The notes under the pieces were generated by a model. That model was not told where the DNA came from and did no database searches. It saw only the letters and a list, made by a program, of their open reading frames with translations. A stretch of DNA of 39,355 bases. Origin: Escherichia phage JB01. Shown here piece by piece: positions 21,674-31,596 of this stretch. The position numbers and the translations under genes are program-made. The first letter of the stretch is position 1, and each line of letters opens with the position of its first letter. Location of the stretch: sequence record MW074885; one strand, written 5' to 3'.

Positions 21674-24600
21674 ATGGATAAGTACGATAAGAACGTACCA
21701 AGTGAGTATGATGGTCTGTTCCAGAAGGCGGCTGATGCCAACGGGGTCTCTTATGACCTTTTACGTAAAGTCGCTTGGACGGAATCACGGTTTAAACCTA
21801 CAGCAAAATCCAAGACTGGACCATTAGGAATGATGCAATTCACCAAGGCAACCGCTAAGGCCCTCGGTCTGCGAGTTACCGATGGTCCAGACGACGACCG
21901 ACTGAACCATGAGTTAGCCATCAATGCTGCCGCTAAGCACCTTGCAGGTCTGGTGGGTAAATTCGATGGTGACGAACTCAAAGCTGCCCTTGCGTACAAC
22001 CAAGGCGAGGGACGCTTGGGTAATCCACAACTTGAGGCGTACTCCAAGGGAGACTTCGCGTCCATCTCTGAGGAAGGGCGTAATTACATGCGTAACCTTC
22101 TGGATGTCGCTAAGTCACCTATGGCTGGGCAGTTGGAAACTTTTGGTGGTATCACCCCAAAGGGTAAAGGCATTCCGGCTGAGGTAGGATTGGCTGGAAT
22201 TGGTCACAAGCAGAAAGTAACGCAGGAACTTCCTGAGTCCACAAGTTTTGACGTTAAGGGTATCGAACAGGAGGCTCCGGCGAAACCATTCGCCAAGGAC
22301 TTTTGGGAGACCCACGGAGAAACACTTGATGAGTACAACAATCGTTCAACCTTCTTCGGATTCAAAAATGCTGCCGAAGCTGAACTCTCCAACTCAGTCG
22401 CTGGTATGGCTTTCCGTGCTGGTCGCCTCGATAATGGTTTTGATGTGTTTAAAGACACCATTACGCCGACTCGCTGGAACTCTCACATCTGGACTCCAGA
22501 AGAGTTAGAGAAGATTCGAACAGAGGTTAAGAACCCTGCGTATATCAACGTGGTAACTGGTGGTTCTCCTGAGAATCTTGACGACCTCATTAAGCTGGCT
22601 AACGATAACTTTGAGAATGACTCCCGCGCTGCCGAAGCTGGCCTAGGTGCCAAACTGAGTGCTGGTATCATTGGTGCTGGTGTGGACCCGCTTAGCTATG
22701 TTCCTATGGTCGGTGTCACTGGTAAGGGCTTTAAGTTAATCAATAAGGCTCTTGTGGTTGGTGCCGAGAGTGCTGCTCTGAACGTTGCATCCGAAGGTCT
22801 CCGTACCTCCGTAGCTGGTGGTGACGCAGACTATGCTGGTGCGGCCTTAGGTGGCTTTTTGTTTGGCGCTGGTATGTCTGCAATCAGTGACGCTGTAGCT
22901 GCTGGTCTGAAACGTAGCAAACCAGAAGCTGAGTTCGACAATGAGTTCATTGGTCCTATGATGCGGATGGAAGCCCGTGAGACAGCGCGTAACGCCAACT
23001 CTGCGGACCTCTCTCGGATGAACACTAAGAACATGAAGTTTGAAGGTGAACATAATGGTGTCCCTTATGAGGACTTACCAACAGAGAGAGGTGCCGTGGT
23101 GTTGCATGATGGCTCCGTTATAAGTGCAAGCAACCCAATCAACCCTAAGACTCTCCAAGAGTTCTCCGAGGTTGACCCTGAGAAGGCTGCACGAGGAATC
23201 AAACTTGCTGGGTTCACCGAGATTGGATTGAAGACCTTGGGGTCTGACGATGCTGACATCCGTAGAGTGGCTATTGACCTCGTTCGCTCTCCTACTGGTA
23301 TGCAGTCTGGTGCCTCAGGTAAGTTCGGTGCGACAGCTTCTGACATCCATGAGAGACTTCGTGGTACCGACCAGCGTACTTACAATGACCTGTACAAAGC
23401 AATGTCTGACGCTATGAAAGACCCTGAGTTCTCTACTGGTGGAGCTAAGATGTCCCGTGAAGAAACTCGCTACACTATCTACCGTAGAGCGGCACTGGCT
23501 ATTGAGCGCCCAGAACTACAGAAGGCACTCACTCCGTCTGAGAGAATCGTTATGGACATCATTAAGCGTCACTTTGACACCAAGCGTGAACTCATGGAGA
23601 ATCCCGCAATCTTCGGTAACACGAAGGCTGTGAGTATCTTCCCTGAGAGTAGCCACAAAGGGACTTACGTTCCTCACGTATACGACCGTCACGCCAAGGC
23701 GATGATGATTCAACGCTACGGTGCCGAAGGCTTACAGGAAGGTATTGCTCGTTCGTGGATGAACAGCTACGTCTCCAGACCTGAGGTCAAGGCCAGAGTC
23801 GATGAGATGCTTAAGGAAGTACATGGGGTGAAGGAAGTAACTCCAGAGATGGTAGAGAAGTACGCTATGGATAAGGCTTACGGTATCTCCCACTCAGACC
23901 AGTTCACCAACAGTTCCATAATCGAAGAGAACATTGAGGGCTTAGTAGGTATCGAGAACAACTCATTCCTTGAGGCACGTAACTTGTTTGATTCGGACTT
24001 ATCCATCACTATGCCAGACGGACAGCAATTCTCAGTGAACGACCTAAGGGACTTCGACATGTTCCGCATCATGCCAGCGTATGACCGCCGTGTTAATGGT
24101 GACATCGCCATCATGGGGTCTACTGGGAAAACCACTAAGGAACTTAAGGATGAGATTTTGGCTCTCAAAGCGAAAGCTGAGGGAGACGGTAAGAAGACAG
24201 GAGAGGTCCATGCTCTTATGGATACCGTTAAGATTCTTACTGGTCGTGCTCGACGTAATCAGGACACTGTGTGGGAAACCTCACTGCGTTCCATCAATGA
24301 CCTAGGGTTCTTCGCTAAGAACGCCTATATGGGCGCTCAGAACCTTACGGAGATTGCTGGGATGATTGCCACTGGTAACGTGCGTGCTCTCGGTCATGGC
24401 ATCCCAATTCTGCGTGATACACTCTACAAGTCTAAACCAGTTTCCGCTAAGGAACTCAAGGAACTCCATGCGTCTCTGTTCGGGAAGGAGGTTGACCAGT
24501 TGATTCGCCCTAAACGTGCTGACATTGTGCAGCGCCTAAGGGAAGCAACTGATACCGGACCTACCGTGGCGAACATCGTAGGGACCTTGAAGTATTCCAC

Positions 24601-25630
24601 ACAGGAACTGGCTGCTCGCTCTCCGTGGACTAAGCTACTGAACGGAACCACTAACTACCTTCTGGATGCCGCGCGTCAAGGTATGCTTGGGGACGTTATT
24701 AGTGCTACCTTATCAGGTAAGACTACCCGCTGGGAGAAAGAAGGATTCCTTCGGGGTGCCTCCGTAACTCCTGAGCAGATGGCTGGTATCAAGTCTCTCA
24801 TCAAGGAACACATGGTACGTGGTGAGGACGGGAAGTTTACCGTTAAGGACAAGCAAGCGTTCTCTATGGACCCACGGGCTATGGACTTATGGCGACTGGC
24901 TGACAAGGTAGCTGATGAGGCAATGCTGCGTCCGCATAAGGTGTCCTTACAGGATTCCCATGCGTTCGGAGCATTAGGTAAGATGGTGATGCAGTTTAAG
25001 TCTTTCACTATTAAATCCCTTAACTCTAAGTTCCTGAGAACCTTCTACGATGGTTACAAGAACAACCGAGCGATTGACGCTGCGCTGACTGGTATCATCT
25101 CGATGGGTCTCGCTGGTGGTTACTACGCTATGGCTGCACACGTCAAAGCATATGGGATGCCTAAGGAGAAACGTAAGGAGTACTTGGAGAGAGCACTCGA
25201 CCCAACCATGATTGCCCACGCTTCGTTGTCTCGTAGTTCTCAATTGGGTGCTCCTTTGGCTATGGCTGACCTAGTTGGCGGTGTCTTAGGGTTCGAGTCC
25301 TCCAAGATGGCTCGCTCTACGATTCTACCTAAGGACACCACGAAGGAACGAGACCCCAACAAACCGTACACCTCTAGAGAGGTAATGGGAGATATTGGTT
25401 CAAACCTGCTGGAACAGATGCCTTCTGCTGGCTTTGTGGCTAACGTAGGGGCTACCTTAATGAATGCTGCTGGCGTGGTCAACTCACCTAACAAAGCAAC
25501 CGAGCAGGACTTCATGACTGGCTTGATGAACTCTACCAAGGAGTTAGTACCTAACGACCCTCTTACTCAACAACTTGTGATTAAGATTTATGAGGCCAAT
25601 GGTGTTAACTTGAGGGAACGTAGGAAATAA
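21674..25630 (+). CDS. 16: gp16 internal virion protein D with N-terminal lytic transglycosylase domain
   Basis: 1318 aa; transglycosylase-type motif AWTESRF near the N-terminus. Confidence 0.96.
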   Translation: MDKYDKNVPSEYDGLFQKAADANGVSYDLLRKVAWTESRFKPTAKSKTGPLGMMQFTKATAKALGLRVTDGPDDDRLNHELAINAAAKHLAGLVGKFDGDELKAALAYNQGEGRLGNPQLEAYSKGDFASISEEGRNYMRNLLDVAKSPMAGQLETFGGITPKGKGIPAEVGLAGIGHKQKVTQELPESTSFDVKGIEQEAPAKPFAKDFWETHGETLDEYNNRSTFFGFKNAAEAELSNSVAGMAFRAGRLDNGFDVFKDTITPTRWNSHIWTPEELEKIRTEVKNPAYINVVTGGSPENLDDLIKLANDNFENDSRAAEAGLGAKLSAGIIGAGVDPLSYVPMVGVTGKGFKLINKALVVGAESAALNVASEGLRTSVAGGDADYAGAALGGFLFGAGMSAISDAVAAGLKRSKPEAEFDNEFIGPMMRMEARETARNANSADLSRMNTKNMKFEGEHNGVPYEDLPTERGAVVLHDGSVISASNPINPKTLQEFSEVDPEKAARGIKLAGFTEIGLKTLGSDDADIRRVAIDLVRSPTGMQSGASGKFGATASDIHERLRGTDQRTYNDLYKAMSDAMKDPEFSTGGAKMSREETRYTIYRRAALAIERPELQKALTPSERIVMDIIKRHFDTKRELMENPAIFGNTKAVSIFPESSHKGTYVPHVYDRHAKAMMIQRYGAEGLQEGIARSWMNSYVSRPEVKARVDEMLKEVHGVKEVTPEMVEKYAMDKAYGISHSDQFTNSSIIEENIEGLVGIENNSFLEARNLFDSDLSITMPDGQQFSVNDLRDFDMFRIMPAYDRRVNGDIAIMGSTGKTTKELKDEILALKAKAEGDGKKTGEVHALMDTVKILTGRARRNQDTVWETSLRSINDLGFFAKNAYMGAQNLTEIAGMIATGNVRALGHGIPILRDTLYKSKPVSAKELKELHASLFGKEVDQLIRPKRADIVQRLREATDTGPTVANIVGTLKYSTQELAARSPWTKLLNGTTNYLLDAARQGMLGDVISATLSGKTTRWEKEGFLRGASVTPEQMAGIKSLIKEHMVRGEDGKFTVKDKQAFSMDPRAMDLWRLADKVADEAMLRPHKVSLQDSHAFGALGKMVMQFKSFTIKSLNSKFLRTFYDGYKNNRAIDAALTGIISMGLAGGYYAMAAHVKAYGMPKEKRKEYLERALDPTMIAHASLSRSSQLGAPLAMADLVGGVLGFESSKMARSTILPKDTTKERDPNKPYTSREVMGDIGSNLLEQMPSAGFVANVGATLMNAAGVVNSPNKATEQDFMTGLMNSTKELVPNDPLTQQLVIKIYEANGVNLRERRK

Positions 25631-25650
25631 TACGACTCACTATAGGGAGA
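25628..25650 (+). promoter_or_regulatory. phage RNAP promoter phi17 (class III)
   Basis: taatacgactcactatagggaga overlapping the gene 16 stop; transcript 5' hairpin gggaga...tctccc. Confidence 0.9.
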
Positions 25651-25702
25651 GGTGAAAGAATCTTCTCCCTGTAGACTCTTAGATTTACTTTAAGGAGGTC
25701 AA

Positions 25703-27367
25703 ATGGCTAACGTAATTAAAACCGTTTTGACTTACCAGTTAGATGGCTCCAATCGTGATTTTAATATCCCGTTTGAGTATCTAGCCCGTAAGTTCGTAGT
25801 GGTAACTCTTATTGGTGTAGACCGCAAGGTCCTTACGATTAATACAGACTACCGTTTTGCTACGCGTACTACCATCTCACTAACCAAGGCTTGGGGGCCA
25901 GCGGATGGCTACACTACCATCGAGTTACGTCGAGTAACCTCCACGACCGACCGATTGGTTGACTTTACGGACGGCTCAATCCTCCGTGCGTATGACCTTA
26001 ACGTAGCTCAGATTCAAACGATGCACGTAGCGGAAGAGGCCCGTGACCTCACTGCGGATACTATCGGTGTCAATAATGATGGTCACTTGGATGCTCGTGG
26101 TCGTCGAATTGTGAACCTAGCGAACGCCGTTGATGACCGTGACGCTGTTCCGTTTGGTCAACTTAAGACCATGAACCAGAACTCGTGGCAAGCACGTAAT
26201 GAGGCCCTACAGTTCCGTAATGAGGCTGAGACTTTCAGAAATCAAGCGGAGGGCTTTAAGAACGAGTCTGGTACCAACGCTGCTAATACGAAGCAGTGGC
26301 GTGATGAGACCCAAGGGTTCCGTGATGGAGCCGAGCAGTTAAAGAATACTGCTGGTCAATACGCTACGTCTGCTGGGAACTCTGCTACTGCTGCACACCA
26401 ATCTGAGGTAAACGCTGAGAACTCCGCTACAGCCTCTGCCAACTCAGCACATTTAGCGGAACAACAGGCAGACCGAGCGGAACGTGAAGCAGACAAGCTG
26501 GGAAACTGGAACGCCCTTGCTGGTACTGTAGAGAGCGTTCAGGGTGATAGTGTATTCTGGAAAGGAGGAGGCTATTGGGTTGGAGGTCCCGCATACAGAC
26601 TCCCAACGAACCACGCATTTAGGTTCCGTATGGGTATTTGGGAAGAAGGCGACTTCCTTAAGTCTGACTTCGCTATGGACCGACCGGACGGTATAGGGTT
26701 CATAGGGTATGCAGCGGACAAGACTGGACAGCATCGTCACCAGATTCGACTTAATCAGTTAACAATAGCTGGCGGTGTGGTAGAGTCAGATGCTGATGGT
26801 CTCATAGCTCACGCTTTCGCTGACCAGTACACCACTAAAGCTCCTTTCTTCCAACAGATTCATGTACAATCTACAAGCTCATATCACCCAATAATAAAGC
26901 AACGAACTTACCAATCTGGACGGTGGGCAGGATGCTGGTCTATCGGTACACTGCTGACTGGAGCGCATCCGTCATTCCACATACATATGAAGGACGAAGG
27001 GATAAGTGATAAACTTTGGACGTTCAATACCAATGGAGACTTCCGCGCCCCTGGGGAGATTTGGGCCGATGGCGGACGTGTGGCTGTACGGAATGGCTCT
27101 TTTGACCCTGAGGGTAGAGTTTGGGGTACTGCGTATGATACCGGATACCTAGATGACTGGATTCGGAGACACTGGCCCGGCGATGTTTATTGGGGCCCTC
27201 AACGCTGGGTGCAAAAGTGGGGAGGTTATGCAGACATAGTTGCTGGTGCTGGGGAAGCCTGCTCTGGTGTAACCGCTGATGGTAGCGGTAACGTTGCGGG
27301 TGCATTCTTCCGAGCGCTTTGGCTTGGATATCACAACGGTACTAAACGATTAGTTGCTTCCCAATAA
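25703..27367 (+). CDS. 17: gp17 tail fiber protein (T7-like N-terminal half, divergent C-terminal receptor-binding region)
   Basis: 554 aa; first ~270 residues T7-like; remainder Gly/Trp-rich and unlike the T7 tip as I recall it. Confidence 0.93.
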   Translation: MANVIKTVLTYQLDGSNRDFNIPFEYLARKFVVVTLIGVDRKVLTINTDYRFATRTTISLTKAWGPADGYTTIELRRVTSTTDRLVDFTDGSILRAYDLNVAQIQTMHVAEEARDLTADTIGVNNDGHLDARGRRIVNLANAVDDRDAVPFGQLKTMNQNSWQARNEALQFRNEAETFRNQAEGFKNESGTNAANTKQWRDETQGFRDGAEQLKNTAGQYATSAGNSATAAHQSEVNAENSATASANSAHLAEQQADRAEREADKLGNWNALAGTVESVQGDSVFWKGGGYWVGGPAYRLPTNHAFRFRMGIWEEGDFLKSDFAMDRPDGIGFIGYAADKTGQHRHQIRLNQLTIAGGVVESDADGLIAHAFADQYTTKAPFFQQIHVQSTSSYHPIIKQRTYQSGRWAGCWSIGTLLTGAHPSFHIHMKDEGISDKLWTFNTNGDFRAPGEIWADGGRVAVRNGSFDPEGRVWGTAYDTGYLDDWIRRHWPGDVYWGPQRWVQKWGGYADIVAGAGEACSGVTADGSGNVAGAFFRALWLGYHNGTKRLVASQ

Positions 27368-27376
27368 GGAGACATT

Positions 27377-27760
27377 ATGCGTAAATTTACTAACTGGACA
27401 TACGAAGTAACTACCGCTTACGGCGGTATCGCCACTTATGACGTGACTGCATCTTGTGGGACCGATTGGTATGAACTCATGGTTGAACTTGAGGACCGAC
27501 CTGAGAGATGGGTAGTCGGTATAGATAAGAACGGATTCATCTCATGGTTCTCCGATGGGACTGTTAACGGCACTTATGCGCCACCTGAGGGCGGTCTGGT
27601 GATTGTCACCGATGAGTTCGACCCTGAGTGGCAACGTGTTAAACTTTGGAACGGGGAGTCCTTCGAGGATATCCCTGAGCCACCTAAACGTACACCTGAG
27701 GAAATCCAAGCAGACCTTGAGGCTCTGATGGTTGAACTTCGTGAGCTTAGGGGGAAATAA
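27377..27760 (+). CDS. hypothetical protein between tail fiber and holin (candidate fiber assembly/accessory protein)
   Basis: 127-aa ORF with strong SD aaggaga 4 nt upstream; acidic; no T7 counterpart at this locus. Confidence 0.7.
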   Translation: MRKFTNWTYEVTTAYGGIATYDVTASCGTDWYELMVELEDRPERWVVGIDKNGFISWFSDGTVNGTYAPPEGGLVIVTDEFDPEWQRVKLWNGESFEDIPEPPKRTPEEIQADLEALMVELRELRGK

Positions 27761-27774
27761 TGGAGGTAAACTAA

Positions 27775-27978
27775 ATGTTGTCTTTAGATTTCAACAACGA
27801 AATCGTAAAGGCGGCTCCGATTGTAGGGACGGGTGTGGCTGATGGTGCAGCCCGTCTCTTCTTTGGATTGTCGCTAAACGAATGGTTCTATGTTGCTGCT
27901 ATCGCCTACACAGTAGTTCAGATTGGTGCTAAGGTAGTCGATAAAGTAATTGATTGGAAGAAAGCAAATAAGGAGTAG
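27775..27978 (+). CDS. 17.5: gp17.5 holin
   Basis: 67 aa MLSLDFNNEIVKAAPIVGTGVADGAARLFFGLSL... with hydrophobic core and charged C-terminus. Confidence 0.9.
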   Translation: MLSLDFNNEIVKAAPIVGTGVADGAARLFFGLSLNEWFYVAAIAYTVVQIGAKVVDKVIDWKKANKE

Positions 27979-27982
27979 CTTC

Positions 27983-28252
27983 ATGGAAAAAGATAAGAGT
28001 CTCATTACGTTCCTAGAGATGTTGGACACTGCGATGGCTCAGCGAATGCTGGCAGACCTCTCGAATGAAGAGAAGCGTAGTCCTCAACTCTACAACGCTA
28101 TTAACAAACTGTTAGACCGTCACAAGTTCCAGATTGGTAAGTTGCAGCCGGATGTTCACATCTTGGGTGGCCTTGCTGGTGCTCTTGAAGAGTACAAAGA
28201 GAAAGTCGGTGATAACGGTCTTACGGATGACGATATTTACACTTTACAGTGA
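27983..28252 (+). CDS. 18: gp18 terminase small subunit
   Basis: 89 aa from ATG at 27983 (MEKDKSLITFLEML...); ORF-track start at 27950 rejected. Confidence 0.9.
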   Translation: MEKDKSLITFLEMLDTAMAQRMLADLSNEEKRSPQLYNAINKLLDRHKFQIGKLQPDVHILGGLAGALEEYKEKVGDNGLTDDDIYTLQ

Positions 28253-28300
28253 TATACTCAAGGCCACTACCTATAGTGGTCTTTATGGATGTCATTGTCT
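28253..28300 (+). promoter_or_regulatory. RNase III-type processing hairpin (R18.5-like)
   Basis: tatactcaaggccactacctatagtggtctttatggat imperfect hairpin with the shared actcaagg flank. Confidence 0.5.
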
Positions 28301-28346
28301 ATACGAGATGCTCCTACGTGAAATCTGAAAGTTAACGGGAGGCATT

Positions 28347-28790
28347 ATGCTGCAATTTTTACGTAAGCTAGTCCCTTGGGTTCTCGCTGGGATGCTATTC
28401 GGATTAGGATGGCATCTAGGGTCAGACTCAATGGACGCCAAATGGAAACAGGAGGTACAGAATGAGTACGTTAAGAGAGTTGAGGCTACGGCGAGCACTC
28501 AAAGAGCAATCAATGAAATATCGGCTAAGTATCAAGAAGACCTTGCCGCGCTGGAAGGGAGCACTGATAGGATTATTTCTGATTTGCGTAGCGACAATAA
28601 GCGGTTGCGCGTCAGAATCAAAACTACCGGAACCTCCGATGGTCAGTGTGGATTCGAGCCTGATGGTCGAGCCGAACTTGACGACCGAGATGCTAAGCGT
28701 ATTCTCGCAGTGACCCAGAGAGGTGACGCATGGATTCGTGCGTTACAGGATACTATTCGTGAACTGCAACGTAAGCAGGAAATTAAGTAA
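28347..28790 (+). CDS. 18.5: gp18.5 inner-membrane spanin (Rz-like)
   Basis: 147 aa; N-terminal TM segment LVPWVLAGMLFGLGW then charged coiled-coil-like region. Confidence 0.88.
   Translation: MLQFLRKLVPWVLAGMLFGLGWHLGSDSMDAKWKQEVQNEYVKRVEATASTQRAINEISAKYQEDLAALEGSTDRIISDLRSDNKRLRVRIKTTGTSDGQCGFEPDGRAELDDRDAKRILAVTQRGDAWIRALQDTIRELQRKQEIK
28462..28713 (+). CDS. 18.7: gp18.7 outer-membrane lipoprotein spanin (Rz1-like), embedded in 18.5
   Basis: 83-aa ORF in the +1 frame inside 18.5; signal peptide plus lipobox-like LICVATISGC; Pro-rich. Confidence 0.8.
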   Translation: MSTLRELRLRRALKEQSMKYRLSIKKTLPRWKGALIGLFLICVATISGCASESKLPEPPMVSVDSSLMVEPNLTTEMLSVFSQ

Positions 28791-28799
28791 GGAGGCAAC

Positions 28800-30560
28800 G
28801 TGTCTACTCAAGCCAATCGTAATGCGCTCGTAGTGGCGCAACTGAAAGGAGACTTCGTGGCGTTCCTGTTCGTCTTATGGAAGGCGTTAAACCTTCCGGT
28901 GCCAACTAAGTGTCAGATTGACATGGCTAAGGTGCTGGCGAATGGAGACAACAAGAAGTTCATCCTACAGGCTTTCCGTGGTATCGGTAAGTCGTTCATC
29001 ACATGTGCGTTCGTTGTGTGGTCCTTATGGAGAGACCCTCAGTTGAAGATACTTATCGTATCAGCCTCTAAGGAACGTGCAGACGCTAACTCCATCTTCA
29101 TTAAGAACATCATTGACCTGCTGCCATTCCTCGCTGAGCTAAAGCCAAGACCCGGACAGCGTGACTCTGTAATCAGCTTTGACGTTGGCCCAGCTAAGCC
29201 TGACCACTCTCCTAGTGTGAAATCAGTAGGTATCACTGGTCAGTTAACTGGTAGCCGTGCTGACATTATCATTGCGGATGACGTTGAGATTCCGTCTAAC
29301 AGTGCGACTATGGGTGCCCGTGAGAAGCTATGGACTCTCGTTCAGGAGTTCGCTGCGTTACTTAAACCGCTGCCTTCCTCTCGTGTTATCTACCTTGGAA
29401 CACCTCAGACCGAGATGACTCTCTATAAGGAACTTGAGGATAACCGTGGGTACACCACTATCATCTGGCCCGCTCTGTACCCAAGGACACGCGAAGAGAA
29501 CCTCTATTACTCACAACGTCTTGCTCCTATGTTACGTGCTGAGTACGATGAGAACCCTGAGGCACTCGCTGGGACTCCTACAGACCCAGTGCGCTTTGAC
29601 CGTGATGACCTCCGTGAACGTGAGTTGGAATACGGTAAGGCTGGCTTTACGTTACAGTTCATGCTTAACCCGAACCTGAGTGATGCCGAGAAGTACCCTC
29701 TGAGGCTCCGTGACGCTATCGTAGCGGCCTTAGACTTAGAGAAGGCACCAATGCATTACCAGTGGCTTCCGAACCGTCAGAACATCATTGAGGACCTTCC
29801 TAACGTGGGCCTTAAGGGTGATGACCTGCATACGTATCATGATTGCTCCAACAACTCTGGTCAGTATCAACAGAAGATTCTGGTCATTGACCCTAGTGGT
29901 CGCGGTAAGGACGAAACAGGTTACTCTGTGCTGTACACCCTGAACGGTTACATCTACCTAATGGAAGCTGGAGGTTTCCGTGATGGTTACTCTGATAAGA
30001 CCCTTGAGTTGCTCGCTAAGAAAGCGAAGCAATGGGGAGTCCAGACGGTTGTCTACGAGAGTAACTTCGGTGACGGTATGTTTGGTAAGGTGTTCAGTCC
30101 TATCCTTCTTAAACACCACAATTGCGCTATGGAAGAGATTCGTGCTCGTGGTATGAAGGAGATGCGTATTTGTGATACCCTTGAGCCAGTCATGCAGACT
30201 CACCGCCTTGTCATTCGTGATGAGGTCATTAGGGCAGACTACCAGTCCGCTCGTGATATAGACGGTAAGCATGACGTTAAGTACTCACTGTTCTACCAGA
30301 TGACACGTATCACTCGTGAGAAAGGTGCTCTGGCTCATGATGACCGATTGGATGCCCTTGCGTTAGGCATTGAGTATCTCCGTGAGTCCATGCAGTTGGA
30401 TTCCGTTAAGGTCGAAGGTGAAGTGCTTGCTGACTTCCTTGAGGAGCACATGATGCGTCCTACGGTTGCTGCTACGCATATCATTGAGATGTCTGTAGGA
30501 GGAGTTGATGTGTACTCTGAGGACGATGAGGGTTACGGTACGTCTTTCATTGAGTGGTGA
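28800..30560 (+). CDS. 19: gp19 terminase large subunit
   Basis: 586 aa, GTG start after aaggagg SD; same length as T7 gp19. Confidence 0.97.
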   Translation: MSTQANRNALVVAQLKGDFVAFLFVLWKALNLPVPTKCQIDMAKVLANGDNKKFILQAFRGIGKSFITCAFVVWSLWRDPQLKILIVSASKERADANSIFIKNIIDLLPFLAELKPRPGQRDSVISFDVGPAKPDHSPSVKSVGITGQLTGSRADIIIADDVEIPSNSATMGAREKLWTLVQEFAALLKPLPSSRVIYLGTPQTEMTLYKELEDNRGYTTIIWPALYPRTREENLYYSQRLAPMLRAEYDENPEALAGTPTDPVRFDRDDLRERELEYGKAGFTLQFMLNPNLSDAEKYPLRLRDAIVAALDLEKAPMHYQWLPNRQNIIEDLPNVGLKGDDLHTYHDCSNNSGQYQQKILVIDPSGRGKDETGYSVLYTLNGYIYLMEAGGFRDGYSDKTLELLAKKAKQWGVQTVVYESNFGDGMFGKVFSPILLKHHNCAMEEIRARGMKEMRICDTLEPVMQTHRLVIRDEVIRADYQSARDIDGKHDVKYSLFYQMTRITREKGALAHDDRLDALALGIEYLRESMQLDSVKVEGEVLADFLEEHMMRPTVAATHIIEMSVGGVDVYSEDDEGYGTSFIEW

Positions 30561-30597
30561 TTTACGAGGCCAAGGAAGGCCAATTTAAGGAGGTATT

Positions 30598-31041
30598 ATG
30601 ATAAGCAAGAAGAAGTATGTGATTGATAAGGAGACTGGCTGCTGGAACTTTAAGGGATGCAGGACGAAGACTGGATATGGTCGCATTCGTGTAAACGGAG
30701 TCCATTGGATGGCCCACAGGTATTCCCTGAGTTGTCATCTAGGCAGACCGATAGCTGACGGAATGGTTGTGATGCACCTGTGTGATAATCCTTCATGTGT
30801 TAACCCTGAGCACCTTAAGGAAGGGACTCAGAAGGAGAACATAGAAGACTGCATCTCAAAAGGTCGCGCAACTAAGGCCACAGGTAAACGTGATGCGTCT
30901 AAGAGAGACCCTAGCGAGGAACGTAAGGCTATAGTGGTTCGTAGATACCATAAAGGCTGGACTGCAACGTCCATAGCGAGATACCATAAGCTCTCTGTGG
31001 CGTGGGTCAAGAGGGTCATTGAGGAGTACCTAAGTGATTGA
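30598..31041 (+). CDS. HNH homing endonuclease (HNH_3-type) with C-terminal HTH-like tail
   Basis: 147 aa; motifs GCWNFKGC, GYGRIRVNG, AHRYS, HLCDNPSCVNPEHL, EGTQ; between gene 19 and phiOR. Confidence 0.8.
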   Translation: MISKKKYVIDKETGCWNFKGCRTKTGYGRIRVNGVHWMAHRYSLSCHLGRPIADGMVVMHLCDNPSCVNPEHLKEGTQKENIEDCISKGRATKATGKRDASKRDPSEERKAIVVRRYHKGWTATSIARYHKLSVAWVKRVIEEYLSD

Positions 31042-31092
31042 TATTTGAAATTAGTGATACAGGTATAAGTATATGATTACAGACCATTATTC

Positions 31093-31115
31093 TAATTCGA
31101 CTCACTATAGGGAGA
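31093..31115 (+). promoter_or_regulatory. phage RNAP promoter phiOR-like
   Basis: taattcgactcactatagggaga, one mismatch to consensus, upstream of gene 19.5. Confidence 0.75.
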
Positions 31116-31205
31116 AGCCTACCTAAAGATTACTATTAGACTTAAAGTGTCCTATAAGGGTAGGTTGTTATTATATGAATACAACCATCATAAAGGAGGA
31201 GACTC

Positions 31206-31355
31206 ATGTTCCGCTTATTGTTGAACCTGCTGCGGCATAGAGTCACCTACCGCTTTCTTATGGTACTTTGTGCTGCCCTTGGGTACGCATCTCTTAATGG
31301 AGACCTCAGTTCACTGGAGTCTACCGTTTGCTCTATACTCACTTGTAGCGATTAG
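31206..31355 (+). CDS. 19.5: gp19.5 small membrane-type protein
   Basis: 49 aa MFRLLLNLLRHRVTYRFLMVLCAALGYASL... with aaggagga SD; below the ORF-track length cutoff. Confidence 0.8.
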   Translation: MFRLLLNLLRHRVTYRFLMVLCAALGYASLNGDLSSLESTVCSILTCSD

Positions 31356-31596
31356 GGTCTTACTGACAGACTGATGGCTCACCGAGGGATTCAGCGGTAT
31401 GATTGCATCACACCACTTCATCCCTATAGAGTCAAGTCCTAAGGTATACCCCATAAAGAGCCTCTAATGGTCTATCCGTAAGGTCTATACCTAAAGATAG
31501 GCCATCTTATCAGTATCACCTAAAGAGGGTCTTAGAGAGGGCCTAGGGAGTTCCTAGAGGGTCCTTTAAAATATACCATAAAAATCTGAGTGACTA

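Noticed and set aside
28800-30560. Possible genes 19.2/19.3 in alternative frames inside the terminase gene
   Set aside because: Only short alternative-frame ORFs (for example 29434..29679) without convincing start signals; nothing in the sequence supports calling them.
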